The notes: a model not told the origin generated them from the sequence alone. Numbered from the stretch's first letter, positions 1-10,046 are shown. The stretch: DNA of 52,962 nt from a virus (IMGVR_UViG_3300009154_000076:1-52962), one strand, 5' to 3'. Numbers and translations: made by a program.

Positions 1-83
1 AATATCATGCATGGTATCATGAGAAAAGTCATGATCATTGCCACACGTACAAGTTTGTATGAGATTATTATTCAAATCAACCA

Positions 84-917
84 TTAGAAGTATCGTCCAT
101 TTAATCTAGGAAACCATGCATCCCCAAAACCTTGGGGTGTTCGGGTTGCTTCATAGTCTAGTCTGATCTCACACCAGTATGATTTTCCCAGACCCAGTGC
201 CAACGTCAATGCCATACTTTGATTACCAATAAATTGTTCAGCGCCTTGAATGATTCTGGCCAATTCCAACATATCAGAAACCGGGCGATATTCCACATTG
301 CATTGATGTAATTCACAGAAATCTTGGTGTTCTTTGGGTGTTCCCACAAAGACAGCCATTGTTTCTAAATTATAATTGTCGATCCAATCAGTCCACTGTG
401 GATTGACCATGGAAATATTATAATGCTCTCGTTTAATGTGTCTACCAGTGCGATTAATAACCACTGGTTTTCCGGGAATCACAATGGGATTATCCACGGT
501 CAACCAAGGATCCAATAATAGAGCTTGACGATGCTCATGAATATCCAAACCACACACCAAGGCATAGCATTCGGTGGCGTTGCCCGCCCAATCTTCTACC
601 TTGCCGTTTCGTCTAGCCCAAAATTTATGGTGATTTCTGAGATCATATGAAACTGGTTGATTCTCCCATATTTGGAGATTGTTTATATATGGCTGTTTTT
701 CTAACAGTGGCCATATAAAATCCAAGTCTCGTTGGGTGTATCTACCAGCATGGCATCCTGCATCACCTCCGCCCCACATGGCTCTGGCAATATTGTCCAT
801 GCCATTGAGTTCCACATATAAGTCACCGCCTCCTAAAATTTTAATTACATTCAACGAGAGTACAGTATCCCCAAATGTACCTGCATGCAAAAAACTAAGA
901 TTAGACATATTATGCAC
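84..917 (-). CDS. Putative glycosyltransferase (GT9/heptosyltransferase-like)
   Basis: N-terminal 'HAGTFGDTVLS' and C-terminal 'LARIIQGAEQFIGNQSMALTLALGLGK' resemble the GD and 'FIGxDSG...LA.ALG' motifs of the GT9 family. Confidence 0.55.
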   Translation of the reverse strand: MHNMSNLSFLHAGTFGDTVLSLNVIKILGGGDLYVELNGMDNIARAMWGGGDAGCHAGRYTQRDLDFIWPLLEKQPYINNLQIWENQPVSYDLRNHHKFWARRNGKVEDWAGNATECYALVCGLDIHEHRQALLLDPWLTVDNPIVIPGKPVVINRTGRHIKREHYNISMVNPQWTDWIDNYNLETMAVFVGTPKEHQDFCELHQCNVEYRPVSDMLELARIIQGAEQFIGNQSMALTLALGLGKSYWCEIRLDYEATRTPQGFGDAWFPRLNGRYF

Positions 918-1716
918 CTCCCGTCAACCATAATTTGGGAGTATTATTCCATAATGCATCGATGTCCACAAATGGATCACGTCCATCTTCAACCATGATA
1001 TGAAATGCCAGACCAGGAATGGGACTAAACATCATGACGTCTGGGCTATCCCAGACTTTGCACAATGTATGGGTTTCGTCTTTGATACATATCCACTGAG
1101 CTGCAGCTTGAAAATGCTCTCGATACTTGTCATAGATGGCGCGACTGGCCAGACAAGTATAGGTACTATGACGTACAGTGCGGTAATGGCGATATGGACC
1201 CAGCAATAGAATGCTGTCATAAATTTGGCGAGTATATCGCCAGATGTCATCATGTGGGTTAATAGCAATCATGTGCCCAGTATTGCCTTCTAGCTTGTCT
1301 ACAGTATCAATCATATCCTGAATAGCTTCGGGCTGATGAAGATAATCATCTTCAATATGATACCATAGATCAGTGGCGTGCTTTTCCACTTGATCGTATA
1401 CGCGGTAACAGGTGTGACTGGGCCCAGTGCCATCCTCTACCGGAATAAATTCATTGGGAAACTTGCAATTAGACAGAATTGTCTTGAAATCTTGAATGGC
1501 TTCTGGACTACTATGATCATCCAAAACCACCAATTTGACTTGATGATTGGTCACTTGGTTGATACTGTTGACCAAACTGCTCATGCAGTGATTGACCAGT
1601 TCATGTTTAGGAACTTTAATATATCGACCGCCATCCTCTTCGCCGTGTAACATATTGATTCTGGTACAGGTTCTTAAAACAATTAATAAATTTCTGGAGT
1701 TATTTGTTGAAGTCAT
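910..1716 (-). CDS. Putative GT-A fold (GT2-like) glycosyltransferase
   Basis: 'VVLDDHS' and 'YHIEDDYLH' DxD-like motifs; GAGGA RBS upstream on the minus strand. Confidence 0.65.
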   Translation of the reverse strand: MTSTNNSRNLLIVLRTCTRINMLHGEEDGGRYIKVPKHELVNHCMSSLVNSINQVTNHQVKLVVLDDHSSPEAIQDFKTILSNCKFPNEFIPVEDGTGPSHTCYRVYDQVEKHATDLWYHIEDDYLHQPEAIQDMIDTVDKLEGNTGHMIAINPHDDIWRYTRQIYDSILLLGPYRHYRTVRHSTYTCLASRAIYDKYREHFQAAAQWICIKDETHTLCKVWDSPDVMMFSPIPGLAFHIMVEDGRDPFVDIDALWNNTPKLWLTGGA

Positions 1717-1817
1717 AATTTCCTCTAATTATATGTATATTTAATCATATTTTGACGGTAAAGTCAAGTTATGTTTTTGTTGCGTTGCACATAAATAATA
1801 GATAATAAGGAGCATAT

Positions 1818-2228
1818 ATGTTGGCCGATTTGGTGGCATCTCTTTTTAGCTATGCTGTGCTCCTGAGTGGGTTATCCGGGGACGTACCTCCTTTCCTAGA
1901 ATTCCAACCCAAAGAATTTTTCATAACCCATGCTTGTGGTGGATCTCCTAATTGTCATGCTGTGGGGTGGTATCCGGCCACCGGTGGTGATACTATATAT
2001 CTGCTAAACACATTGGATTTGGAAAATCCAATTGTTGACAGTATCATTGTACACGAATCTGTGCATTATCTACAGTTCAAACACGGAAAATATGCCAATA
2101 AAAGCTGTGCTAACAGTTTGGAACTTGAATATCAAGCCTATGGCGTTCAAAAAGAATATCTACTCCGCGAAGGTAATGTGGCCAACGGCGTTGGGTTGAC
2201 CGCGATCTCAATGCACTGCGAAGAATAA
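1818..2228 (+). CDS. Exported HExxH (zincin-like) protein
   Basis: Hydrophobic N-terminus; 'IIVHESVHYLQ' with downstream 'ELEYQAY'; AAGGAG RBS. Confidence 0.55.
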   Translation: MLADLVASLFSYAVLLSGLSGDVPPFLEFQPKEFFITHACGGSPNCHAVGWYPATGGDTIYLLNTLDLENPIVDSIIVHESVHYLQFKHGKYANKSCANSLELEYQAYGVQKEYLLREGNVANGVGLTAISMHCEE

Positions 2229-2268
2229 TTCCAGCCCCTCTACCAACATTAAATAACTCTATACATAA

Positions 2269-2297
2269 TTGACTACGCAAGCGTGATCGCGTATAAT
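2269..2297 (+). promoter_or_regulatory. Sigma70-type promoter
   Basis: TTGACT-N17-TATAAT upstream of the rpoZ-like gene. Confidence 0.75.
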
Positions 2298-2321
2298 TTT
2301 TGTTTACGTCAAGGAGATGTT

Positions 2322-2522
2322 ATGTTTAGGTTTCCCATAGAAGAAAAAGAAAAAATGTTTGAAAATCGATTTATGCAGGTAATCGTTGCCGCCATGCGGG
2401 CACGTGAACTACGTCGCGGTAATCCACCAAAAATAATTAGTCGAAACGGTGCAGCAGTGACAGCACTTAAAGAAATTGAATTGGGCCATATCGGCGTTGA
2501 ATACTTAGATAAAGTTCGTTAA
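2322..2522 (+). CDS. rpoZ: RNA polymerase omega subunit homologue
   Basis: 'ENRFMQVIVAAMRARELRRG...AAVTALKEIELGHIG' matches the omega consensus (NRF.LV..AA.RARQL...VTAL.EI..G.I); ATG at 2322 follows AAGGAG. Confidence 0.8.
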   Translation: MFRFPIEEKEKMFENRFMQVIVAAMRARELRRGNPPKIISRNGAAVTALKEIELGHIGVEYLDKVR

Positions 2523-2538
2523 TAGAGAGGAATATACC

Positions 2539-2778
2539 ATGTCTGAAAATAAGAAAAATCGTAGAGTAGCAGATCCATTCAAAACCAAAACTGGCAAAAC
2601 CAGAATGGGGCCATTGAATCGTGAACAACTGATGAAATTTATTGAATCAGCATCCAAGCCCAAACATCGTGCCATGGCACAACGGGTCTATGACCGGAAA
2701 TATGGGCATCTAGTTGTAGAAACTCCGGTGGTAGAGTCAGTGGATACCCAAGAAGTAACTCCCGAAACATCTAATTAA
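2539..2778 (+). CDS. Hypothetical basic protein
   Basis: GAGG RBS; packed in operon. Confidence 0.6.
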   Translation: MSENKKNRRVADPFKTKTGKTRMGPLNREQLMKFIESASKPKHRAMAQRVYDRKYGHLVVETPVVESVDTQEVTPETSN

Positions 2779-2796
2779 TATAATAAGGAAAACAAA

Positions 2797-2985
2797 ATGG
2801 CATACGATATCAGAGCAGTAAAAATTGGCAAAGACATCAAACGTGCAACGTGCATGATCAAAGATAAACATGTGCGTGGAGAATTCTTGCGTAGCTATGT
2901 AAAAATCGCCGAAGATGAAGGCAGGATGCGCAGTAGTCGCAATCGTGGAGATCGTGACACCAAGAGCACCGATGATGGTAAATAA
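2797..2985 (+). CDS. Hypothetical small basic protein
   Basis: AAGGA RBS; tandem gene spacing. Confidence 0.55.
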   Translation: MAYDIRAVKIGKDIKRATCMIKDKHVRGEFLRSYVKIAEDEGRMRSSRNRGDRDTKSTDDGK

Positions 2986-3007
2986 TATAGAGGAGGACAT
3001 ACCTACT

Positions 3008-3196
3008 ATGACCACACCAGCACCAAAGAAAAGTAAAAATCCATTTATTAACTTGGTTAATGAAGCAAACGCAGCAAAACATGTCCCAGTCACCGATGAA
3101 ACCAAATTGGAGTTGACTGTGCCTAAAGCAGCAAAATTAAAGAATCAAGTACAAATTAACAAACCTACCAAACGCAGCGCAGGTCGGGGTCGTTAA
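3008..3196 (+). CDS. Hypothetical small basic protein
   Basis: GAGGAGG RBS before ATG 3008; TAAATA motif at 2979. Confidence 0.55.
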   Translation: MTTPAPKKSKNPFINLVNEANAAKHVPVTDETKLELTVPKAAKLKNQVQINKPTKRSAGRGR

Positions 3197-3219
3197 TAGA
3201 CTTAAGTACTAGGTCAATG

Positions 3220-3258
3220 GTGATACACGTGGATATAAATAATATCCATGTGTATTGT
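3220..3258 (+). promoter_or_regulatory. T4-like late promoter inside a hairpin that covers the start codon
   Basis: TATAAATA at 3234-3241 within GTGATACACGTGGATAT-AAATA-ATATCCATGTGTATTGT (about 17-bp stem with G-U pairs), which includes ATG 3248. Confidence 0.65.
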
Positions 3259-4111
3259 ACTAGGAAAATATTTTGAAGGTATAGGATGGGTCGGGGTCAA
3301 GAACCGTGATCGAAACTATGTACCTACCATTTCATTCAAAAACAAATCTCTCAAAGACGGGCTAGAGATTATGTATTACGAAGATCAAGACACCAAGTAT
3401 TGTGAAGGTATTAATTCGCAAGGTGTTGCTATTATCGGTGCCAGCCTCATGGTCAAAGACGATGAAATGGAAATAAAAAGTAGAAAAAAGATTGGCACTG
3501 AAAATTCTGGCACCAAAATCAAACATGGGTTGGAACAAAGTACTGCAAAAGATGCTGTCAAAGCGTTGATTGATAAGAAATTAACAGGCAACACCTTGGT
3601 ATTTGATCAAGAAAATATGTATATTTTGGAAGGAGCATGGCGTCCTAACGAATACAAAACCAAGGGATATTCATACAAAGTACAACACATTCCGCATGAT
3701 CAGGTTATTGCACGAACCAATCATGGTGTGATACTTAAATGGACCGGGTATCAGCACACAGGTGAAAAAAAGCAAGATTTAAAAAGAATCAGCAGTGAAG
3801 CGCGTTTACTTGTTGCCAATTTTGTTGGACAACAATCCCAAGAACCTAATGAAATGCTTGATGGACTGACCATGAAATTCAGTGATAACCCACAACTCAA
3901 TGGGCTTCGTACATCGACACAAGCATCCAAAATGCGCACAACAGCCCAGATCATGTTGATTCCCAGCGAAAAAACCTTGTATTTCAGACCAGTTCAAAGT
4001 AACATTAAATTTGATTTTTGGGAATTAAATCACCCAGAACAACAGACTTGGGTAGAAGTATTAAGCAATCGCCCAGCCTATCAACATTTGATTGACCATT
4101 CTGCCAAATAA
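3248..4111 (+). CDS. Ntn-hydrolase superfamily protein (N-terminal Cys nucleophile)
   Basis: Begins MC...KNRDR; contains 'EGINSQG' and 'RTNHG', typical of C45/NRDE/choloylglycine-hydrolase-like proteins. Confidence 0.65.
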   Translation: MCIVLGKYFEGIGWVGVKNRDRNYVPTISFKNKSLKDGLEIMYYEDQDTKYCEGINSQGVAIIGASLMVKDDEMEIKSRKKIGTENSGTKIKHGLEQSTAKDAVKALIDKKLTGNTLVFDQENMYILEGAWRPNEYKTKGYSYKVQHIPHDQVIARTNHGVILKWTGYQHTGEKKQDLKRISSEARLLVANFVGQQSQEPNEMLDGLTMKFSDNPQLNGLRTSTQASKMRTTAQIMLIPSEKTLYFRPVQSNIKFDFWELNHPEQQTWVEVLSNRPAYQHLIDHSAK

Positions 4112-4215
4112 AAATTATCAAAAACATTCAAAGACTTATCTCGTAACAACAAATAATCTGTAGTTCTTCCATTTCAAAAATTTTTAGACCATTATCTACA
4201 AGGATAATTAATGGT

Positions 4216-5241
4216 ATGAAACCCACATTACATATCTTATCTAGCCCATACAGTACCGTAAATTTAAACAATAGAATGGATCCATTCTCCATCAGCACAT
4301 TGAAGTTCATCGATTGGATGACTGACTTTGGCTGGAACTGTATTCATTATAGTGTCGCTGGCAGTCAAGTTAATTGCCAGCAAATCCAATGTTTGGATGT
4401 TATCGGCCCAGACAACAATGATAACATTATGAAATACAATACTCGCGCAGCTCACGCAATTGGATTAAACAAAAAGCCCGGTGATATTGCTCTATGTTTT
4501 TATGGCGTGGCCAACAAGGGCGCGGTTGATCCCCATCCCGATATCAGGGTTGTCGAACCAGGAATTGGATATGCAACTAGTGCGGTTTTTGCTCCCTATA
4601 GGGTATTTGTCTCCTATGCCCAACAACATATGTACTACGGTGAACAAAATAAATTAATGTCCCCAAGTTGGTTTGATGCCGTAATACCTAACGGGTTTAC
4701 CCCCACTGAATTTGATTATAACCCAAACAAAGGTGATTACTTCCTGTGTTTTGGGCGTGTTATGGAAACCAAAGGCATACACTTGGCTATTCAAGCCACA
4801 GCCGCCACTGGTAAAAAATTGGTCATAGCTGGACCCGGATCTTTGAGTGATATGGGATATCCCAGTATACCAAGCCATGTTACCATGGTGGGTTTATGCG
4901 ATGCAGAACAGCGTAGAGTATTGATGCGGGATGCCAACGCTATTATCGGGGCCACCTATTATATTGAGCCGTTTGGCAACATGGTAGTAGAGGGATATAT
5001 GAGTGGCACGCCCGCTATCACCACTGATTGGGGAGCATTTGCTGAAACGGTGGTTCATGGTGTAACTGGATTTAGATGTAGGGAATTCAGGGAATTTGTA
5101 CAAGCAATAAACAATATTGATCAGATTAATCCGCAAATATGCCGTGATTGGGCCATGGCCAACTATAGTGATCAAGTTGTCCATGAAAAATTTAATCAAT
5201 ATCTTGAAAAGATTAGTCAGTTGGATTTTTATAGACCATGA
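4216..5241 (+). CDS. GT4 (GT-B) glycosyltransferase
   Basis: 'FGRVMETKG', 'EPFGNMVVE' (EX7E motif) and 'GTPAITTDWGAFAETVVHGVTG'. Confidence 0.85.
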   Translation: MKPTLHILSSPYSTVNLNNRMDPFSISTLKFIDWMTDFGWNCIHYSVAGSQVNCQQIQCLDVIGPDNNDNIMKYNTRAAHAIGLNKKPGDIALCFYGVANKGAVDPHPDIRVVEPGIGYATSAVFAPYRVFVSYAQQHMYYGEQNKLMSPSWFDAVIPNGFTPTEFDYNPNKGDYFLCFGRVMETKGIHLAIQATAATGKKLVIAGPGSLSDMGYPSIPSHVTMVGLCDAEQRRVLMRDANAIIGATYYIEPFGNMVVEGYMSGTPAITTDWGAFAETVVHGVTGFRCREFREFVQAINNIDQINPQICRDWAMANYSDQVVHEKFNQYLEKISQLDFYRP

Positions 5242-6005
5242 AAACCGCATTTATAGTCACTAGTAGTATTGAAGTCAACAATCAATATCCACTGAGTTAC
5301 ATTGGCACCAGAACTGCATTTACTGCTGATGAGAGACTACGGCAAACTGTCATGACTATTAATAGTCTGAATTTTTTGAGTAATTCAGACACGGTAATCT
5401 ATTTGATAGACACCAGTGAAAATTACCAAGAGTATCTGGAATTTTTCAGGTACCAAGGGAATTTAAGATTTATCAGTGTCAAAGAAGAAATGCCAGAAAT
5501 ACACAATGAGGTTACCACACATCCCAATAAAAGTAGGTGTGAAACGTTAATTATTAGCAATTTTTTAAGGAAATATGCCAAAGAATTGGATCAATTTGAC
5601 TATTTTGTTAAATTAACTGGCAGATATTCACTAGACACCACATTTGATCAAACTGTATTCAATCAAGACAATTTAGATAAGATGTTTTTTAAGACGACAT
5701 GGAGCTGGGAATGGGTCGATGGTTGGGGAGATTCTTATCAGATGGTGGATCAACGTGCATATCAGGGTGATAATCGATTAAATCAATATTGCACGGGTGT
5801 GTTTGCATGGGGACGAGAAAAAACAGCATATATGCTAGAAATCTTTACTGTGGTGGCATCAATTTTAAATGTGCCAAGATTTATTCATTATGATATAGAA
5901 ACTCTAATATATTACTTTACTGGATCAGCCAGACATGATATAATAGAAACAACATGGCTGGTATGTGGTTGGTACGGTGCCGACGGGAAATTTTTTAGGT
6001 ATTGA
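5238..6005 (+). CDS. Hypothetical protein, possibly glycosyltransferase-related
   Basis: ATGA overlap within the GT cluster; 'FVKLTGRY' motif. Confidence 0.5.
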   Translation: MKTAFIVTSSIEVNNQYPLSYIGTRTAFTADERLRQTVMTINSLNFLSNSDTVIYLIDTSENYQEYLEFFRYQGNLRFISVKEEMPEIHNEVTTHPNKSRCETLIISNFLRKYAKELDQFDYFVKLTGRYSLDTTFDQTVFNQDNLDKMFFKTTWSWEWVDGWGDSYQMVDQRAYQGDNRLNQYCTGVFAWGREKTAYMLEIFTVVASILNVPRFIHYDIETLIYYFTGSARHDIIETTWLVCGWYGADGKFFRY

Positions 6006-6012
6006 TAATATT

Positions 6013-6561
6013 ATGAGTGTGACATTAATTATAGTTGATGATTTTTATTCTAATCCAGATGCTGTGCGAAATTTTGCACTATCTCAGGAATTTGGAGTGC
6101 GTGGTAACTACCCCGGATCAAGGACTCTGCCATTTTTGACTGATGATGTCAAGGAAGCAATACAAGATAAACTACAGTTTGCTGGTCCAGTCACTGACTG
6201 GTTAGAGCATAGTGGTTACACTGGCTGTTTTCAAATGACCACGGCCATTGATAGAACATGGATCCACAGTGACAGCTATAATACATGGGCTGGTGTATGT
6301 TATCTCACTCCAGATGCGCCCTATACTGGCGGCACTGGGTTGTTTCGCCACAAAGCCACCGGTGAACACCGACGTGTCACAGATGATCACGAAGGATATG
6401 ATTATACCAAATGGGATTTATTTGATCGCATTGGTAACAAATACAACCGATTAATCTTGTACCGTGGTGATTTATTTCACGCTAGCTTGGACTATTTTGG
6501 GGATAATCCACAAAATGGTAGATTGTTCCAGACATTTTTCTTTAACACGGCCAGAATCTAG
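6013..6561 (+). CDS. 2OG-Fe(II) oxygenase (DUF6445-like)
   Basis: 'IVDDFYSNPD', HxD motif 'WIHSD', 'AGVCYL', 'GGTG', 'YNRLILY', distal His and 'RLFQTFF'. Confidence 0.75.
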   Translation: MSVTLIIVDDFYSNPDAVRNFALSQEFGVRGNYPGSRTLPFLTDDVKEAIQDKLQFAGPVTDWLEHSGYTGCFQMTTAIDRTWIHSDSYNTWAGVCYLTPDAPYTGGTGLFRHKATGEHRRVTDDHEGYDYTKWDLFDRIGNKYNRLILYRGDLFHASLDYFGDNPQNGRLFQTFFFNTARI

Positions 6562-6563
6562 CG

Positions 6564-7355
6564 ATGACGTACAAGGTTTGTCAAGTCATATTTTCTGCAA
6601 ATAGAGTAGAATATTTGACCAGAACATTAGAATCCCAAAAGTTTTTGGATTTCTCTGGATGTTCTGTTGATAAAATCTTTATTGATGATTTGCCTCTTAA
6701 CCGCAATGATCGGTTGATCACTGATTTGGTACGCGCCTATGATTACCAAGAACTGTATTTGCATCCTGTAAACCTTGGACTTAGTGTAACTTGGACTGAA
6801 TTCTGGAATTTGATCAGGGGTCGTGATTATGATTATATCTGGCACCAAGAAGACGATGTGGAGATATTGGAGCCTGTAAAAATTGTTGATCTGATCGATC
6901 TACTGAAATCTAACCCATCTCTTGCGCAGATAGTACTCAAACGCCAAGCTTGGTATAGTAATGAGTTGCCAACACAGGCATTGGCCGATGATATCATTGT
7001 TGACATCGGTAGAATTGAAATTATGAATCAGCTGGTTTTTTCTCCCATGGCCAGTCTATATAGTATAGACCGAGTGCGGTTTGATTATAGTTCTTGGTAT
7101 CGTGAGAATTATCCAGATACCAATTTACATTCTATTAATTTTAACGAAGGTATGATTGGTGTAGCACTTCATGGTGCTCAACAATTGATTCCAGCTCGTT
7201 TAAAAAATCCGGCTGGTCATAATCTTATAAATCACATTGGTGAATATTTTTCTGGTCGCCGTGTGCTGCCAGATGAACCGGGCTATCAGGCATTTGCTGG
7301 ATATGATCCAGATAAAAAATATAATAGCCGTGATGGCAGCGAGTATCAATCATGA
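6564..7355 (+). CDS. GT-A fold (GT2-like) glycosyltransferase
   Basis: 'IFIDD' and 'YDYIWHQEDD' motifs. Confidence 0.65.
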   Translation: MTYKVCQVIFSANRVEYLTRTLESQKFLDFSGCSVDKIFIDDLPLNRNDRLITDLVRAYDYQELYLHPVNLGLSVTWTEFWNLIRGRDYDYIWHQEDDVEILEPVKIVDLIDLLKSNPSLAQIVLKRQAWYSNELPTQALADDIIVDIGRIEIMNQLVFSPMASLYSIDRVRFDYSSWYRENYPDTNLHSINFNEGMIGVALHGAQQLIPARLKNPAGHNLINHIGEYFSGRRVLPDEPGYQAFAGYDPDKKYNSRDGSEYQS

Positions 7356-8068
7356 TTGAATTTGATTGGTCTAAATTGACCCATGCAGAATTATATTCAA
7401 TTATGTATGCCATTACGCCAAAAGTAGAAAATAGGCAGTTGCTTCCTGAACAATTCCACCGCATCGCCGCCGCCAATCTGAGAAAATACTTGCCCATAAA
7501 GGTGGTAATGCAATATAACAAAATAGTTCGACCAAGGCTGGTCTACATGGGCGGAGCATACTATCCCTCGTCTGATCAAGATGGTAAGAAATGTATAGAA
7601 ATAAATTTCAATTACGATCTATCAAGGGCTCCGCTGAATCTTACTCGATTGAGAATGCACAGAATTTCTGTGTTATTTGCCGATACCATGTTACATGAAA
7701 TCATACACATGAAGCAATATCGCTCAAGAGATCACGAAGCAAACTCAAGTTACCCCAGCCAAGTTCCCAATCAGAAAAAACGAAATGAACAATCTTATTT
7801 GGGAAATCCAGATGAAATTGAAGCATACTCATTTAACATTGCATGTGAATTGCTTAGAAAATATAAATTAGATCAGCAAAAAGCATTGGAACATCTTGAC
7901 TTGGAATATCGTCCAGCCAAAGATAACTTTAGCAAATATTTGAGAATTTTTGATAAAGATTACTCCCATCCTGTGATAATCAAATTAAAAAAATTAGTAA
8001 GATATTATATACCTCGTGCTGCATCAGTTGGCAAGCCATATACCAGATCAAAATGGCTGAATAATTAA
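7352..8068 (+). CDS. Putative HExxH metallopeptidase-like phage protein
   Basis: 'MLHEIIHMKQY' and downstream 'YLGNPDEIEAY'. Confidence 0.55.
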   Translation: MIEFDWSKLTHAELYSIMYAITPKVENRQLLPEQFHRIAAANLRKYLPIKVVMQYNKIVRPRLVYMGGAYYPSSDQDGKKCIEINFNYDLSRAPLNLTRLRMHRISVLFADTMLHEIIHMKQYRSRDHEANSSYPSQVPNQKKRNEQSYLGNPDEIEAYSFNIACELLRKYKLDQQKALEHLDLEYRPAKDNFSKYLRIFDKDYSHPVIIKLKKLVRYYIPRAASVGKPYTRSKWLNN

Positions 8069-8075
8069 AAAATAG

Positions 8076-8104
8076 TTGCAATTTTTTAACAAATGCTGTA
8101 AAAT
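8076..8104 (+). promoter_or_regulatory. Sigma70-type promoter
   Basis: TTGCAA-N17-TAAAAT in the intergenic space. Confidence 0.55.
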
Positions 8105-8127
8105 ATATCCATTCATCAAGGAAAATT

Positions 8128-8895
8128 ATGAAAAACAACAAACTTAATATCCCAACCAAAAAACCATTGGCAGCTCAGGTAGAAGTAGCTACTGGATCTC
8201 CATTATCCCCACGGTTAAACGTTAACAAACCTGCCAGTTCACCACCTCCCACTGTAAATACTACTGGCAAACGTCCCAGTGTTATGATTGCTGTGCCTGC
8301 TATGGAAATGGTCAACGCTGAGTTTGCTCAACATTTGACCATGGCCGCTGCCAACATGGTAGCCAATGGCATCCGAATCAACTGTGCATTTAATATTGGC
8401 TCTGTGGTTACCATCGCCCGACGCAATCTAGTTGATATTTTCTTAAAAAGCGATTTTGATTATATCTGGTGGGTTGATTCGGATATGAAATTCCCAATTG
8501 ATGCCCCCATGCGATTGTTGGCACGCAATAAAGATGTGGTAGGCGCAAACTATCGTCGTCGTCGGTTTCCTAATCCCAACTTTACTGGAATGATGGGCAC
8601 TAGTGGATCATTTAGTGAGTTTCAAACCACTGACAATAGTCCAGACATGGAATTGATTGATGTCCTTCCCCATGGCATGGTATTAGTCAAACGTGAAGTT
8701 TATCTAAAAGTACCTCAGCCACATTATCTACAAGAATATATTCCAGAATATAATCTTGAGATTGGAGAAGATATTTACTTTTGCCAGCAAGCACAAAAAG
8801 CCGGATATCAACTCTGGGTTGATCAACAGCTTAGTCGTGAAGTAGCACATATTGGTATCTTCCATTTCACGTATAACTTATCAGTACCACAGTAA
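8128..8895 (+). CDS. GT-A fold glycosyltransferase
   Basis: 'ARRNLV', DxD 'WVDSDM', 'GEDIYFC' and 'HIG'. Confidence 0.7.
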   Translation: MKNNKLNIPTKKPLAAQVEVATGSPLSPRLNVNKPASSPPPTVNTTGKRPSVMIAVPAMEMVNAEFAQHLTMAAANMVANGIRINCAFNIGSVVTIARRNLVDIFLKSDFDYIWWVDSDMKFPIDAPMRLLARNKDVVGANYRRRRFPNPNFTGMMGTSGSFSEFQTTDNSPDMELIDVLPHGMVLVKREVYLKVPQPHYLQEYIPEYNLEIGEDIYFCQQAQKAGYQLWVDQQLSREVAHIGIFHFTYNLSVPQ

Positions 8896-8912
8896 TAATC
8901 AAGGATATAATA

Positions 8913-9092
8913 ATGATTCCTACAAAAATTGATTTTGAATCCATTGAATTACGCCAAGTAAAAAATGGCGTAATTGTGGTATTACGTTCTGAAACTGATG
9001 AAGATTTAGAATACGTTTTTGACAATGCCCGTAAAGCCATGAAATTCATTCGTGAATTATTGGAAGGCAAACCACCGACTATTAAATCTTGA
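8913..9092 (+). CDS. Hypothetical 59-aa protein (absent from the ORF track)
   Basis: MIPTKIDFESIELRQVKNGVIVV...; AAGGA RBS; stop overlaps the next gene's TTG. Confidence 0.6.
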   Translation: MIPTKIDFESIELRQVKNGVIVVLRSETDEDLEYVFDNARKAMKFIRELLEGKPPTIKS

Positions 9093-9472
9093 TTAAACGA
9101 AAATATACAACTGGAGAAAATGCTTGGATCCACGGTATTTCCACGAACAACAATAAGTTGTACAAGGGAACCGTGGTAAAAGTACTGGACCTCAGTGATT
9201 GTGGATACACACATCCACATTATATCATTTCAATACCCAACCAAGTAGAAGCATTGCTTGAGATCCGCACTTGGGAAACCATGAGTCAGGATGAGCGTGG
9301 TCCCGTGGGCGGTCTACGTGAAGTATTGAACTCAGAAAACACTTGGCCAACCCATAAAAAAATGTGTCAGACGGGATACGCTTATGATCCAGAATACACC
9401 GAAGTTGCGCCTGTCGAAACTCCCAAACGCAAACCACGTGCCAAAAAGAAAAGAAACACACAGCCAACATAA
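9089..9472 (+). CDS. Hypothetical phage protein
   Basis: Overlaps the upstream stop; basic C-terminus. Confidence 0.55.
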   Translation: MIKRKYTTGENAWIHGISTNNNKLYKGTVVKVLDLSDCGYTHPHYIISIPNQVEALLEIRTWETMSQDERGPVGGLREVLNSENTWPTHKKMCQTGYAYDPEYTEVAPVETPKRKPRAKKKRNTQPT

Positions 9473-9488
9473 TTATGGTGTATTGAAG

Positions 9489-9776
9489 ATGTTGGGGTTA
9501 TATCCAAAAATTGTCCCAATTATTACCAGCACTGAATTAGGCGCTTTTCAACTTCATTTGTCTGAAGAATGGCCAGACATTGACAAGACTTGGGATGACG
9601 TTCGAGATGATGGATATGGTTCCGAAGATACTCTGTGGATCAAAGCAGATTGGTGCAATGAGAAATTAAAAAATTGTCCAGGTTGCACCAAAGTGGCATT
9701 TGATCGGTGGGATTTCCAAGATTTGTACCAATTAGAAAAATTCATAACCCTATACCAACTAACATGGCAGACCTAA
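9489..9776 (+). CDS. Hypothetical phage protein
   Basis: Internal ATG of the track ORF fits gene packing. Confidence 0.5.
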   Translation: MLGLYPKIVPIITSTELGAFQLHLSEEWPDIDKTWDDVRDDGYGSEDTLWIKADWCNEKLKNCPGCTKVAFDRWDFQDLYQLEKFITLYQLTWQT

Positions 9777-10045
9777 AAAAAGTAATTGTACATACATTTA
9801 CCATGGGGGATGTGGATGACCCCGATATCCATGCTGCTGAACCAATTTGGAAATGGCAGCAAACCGAAGTAGGAAAATTCGTGATGAAGCGTGCTGCAGA
9901 GACTCCGATTTGGCATCGTGACCTGGATAGATATAGTATGGGGTGGAGGTTTTCTATCGTGGCAAAATTTGACGAAAGAGCATTAGTGGAGTATTATTTG
10001 AGGGGAGGGGAAGATTATTCCTCAAAATATGACATAGGAGAATAG
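9764..10045 (+). CDS. Hypothetical phage protein
   Basis: MADLKKV start; 'GDVDDPDIHAAEPIWKWQQTE'. Confidence 0.55.
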   Translation: MADLKKVIVHTFTMGDVDDPDIHAAEPIWKWQQTEVGKFVMKRAAETPIWHRDLDRYSMGWRFSIVAKFDERALVEYYLRGGEDYSSKYDIGE

Positions 10046-10046
10046 C

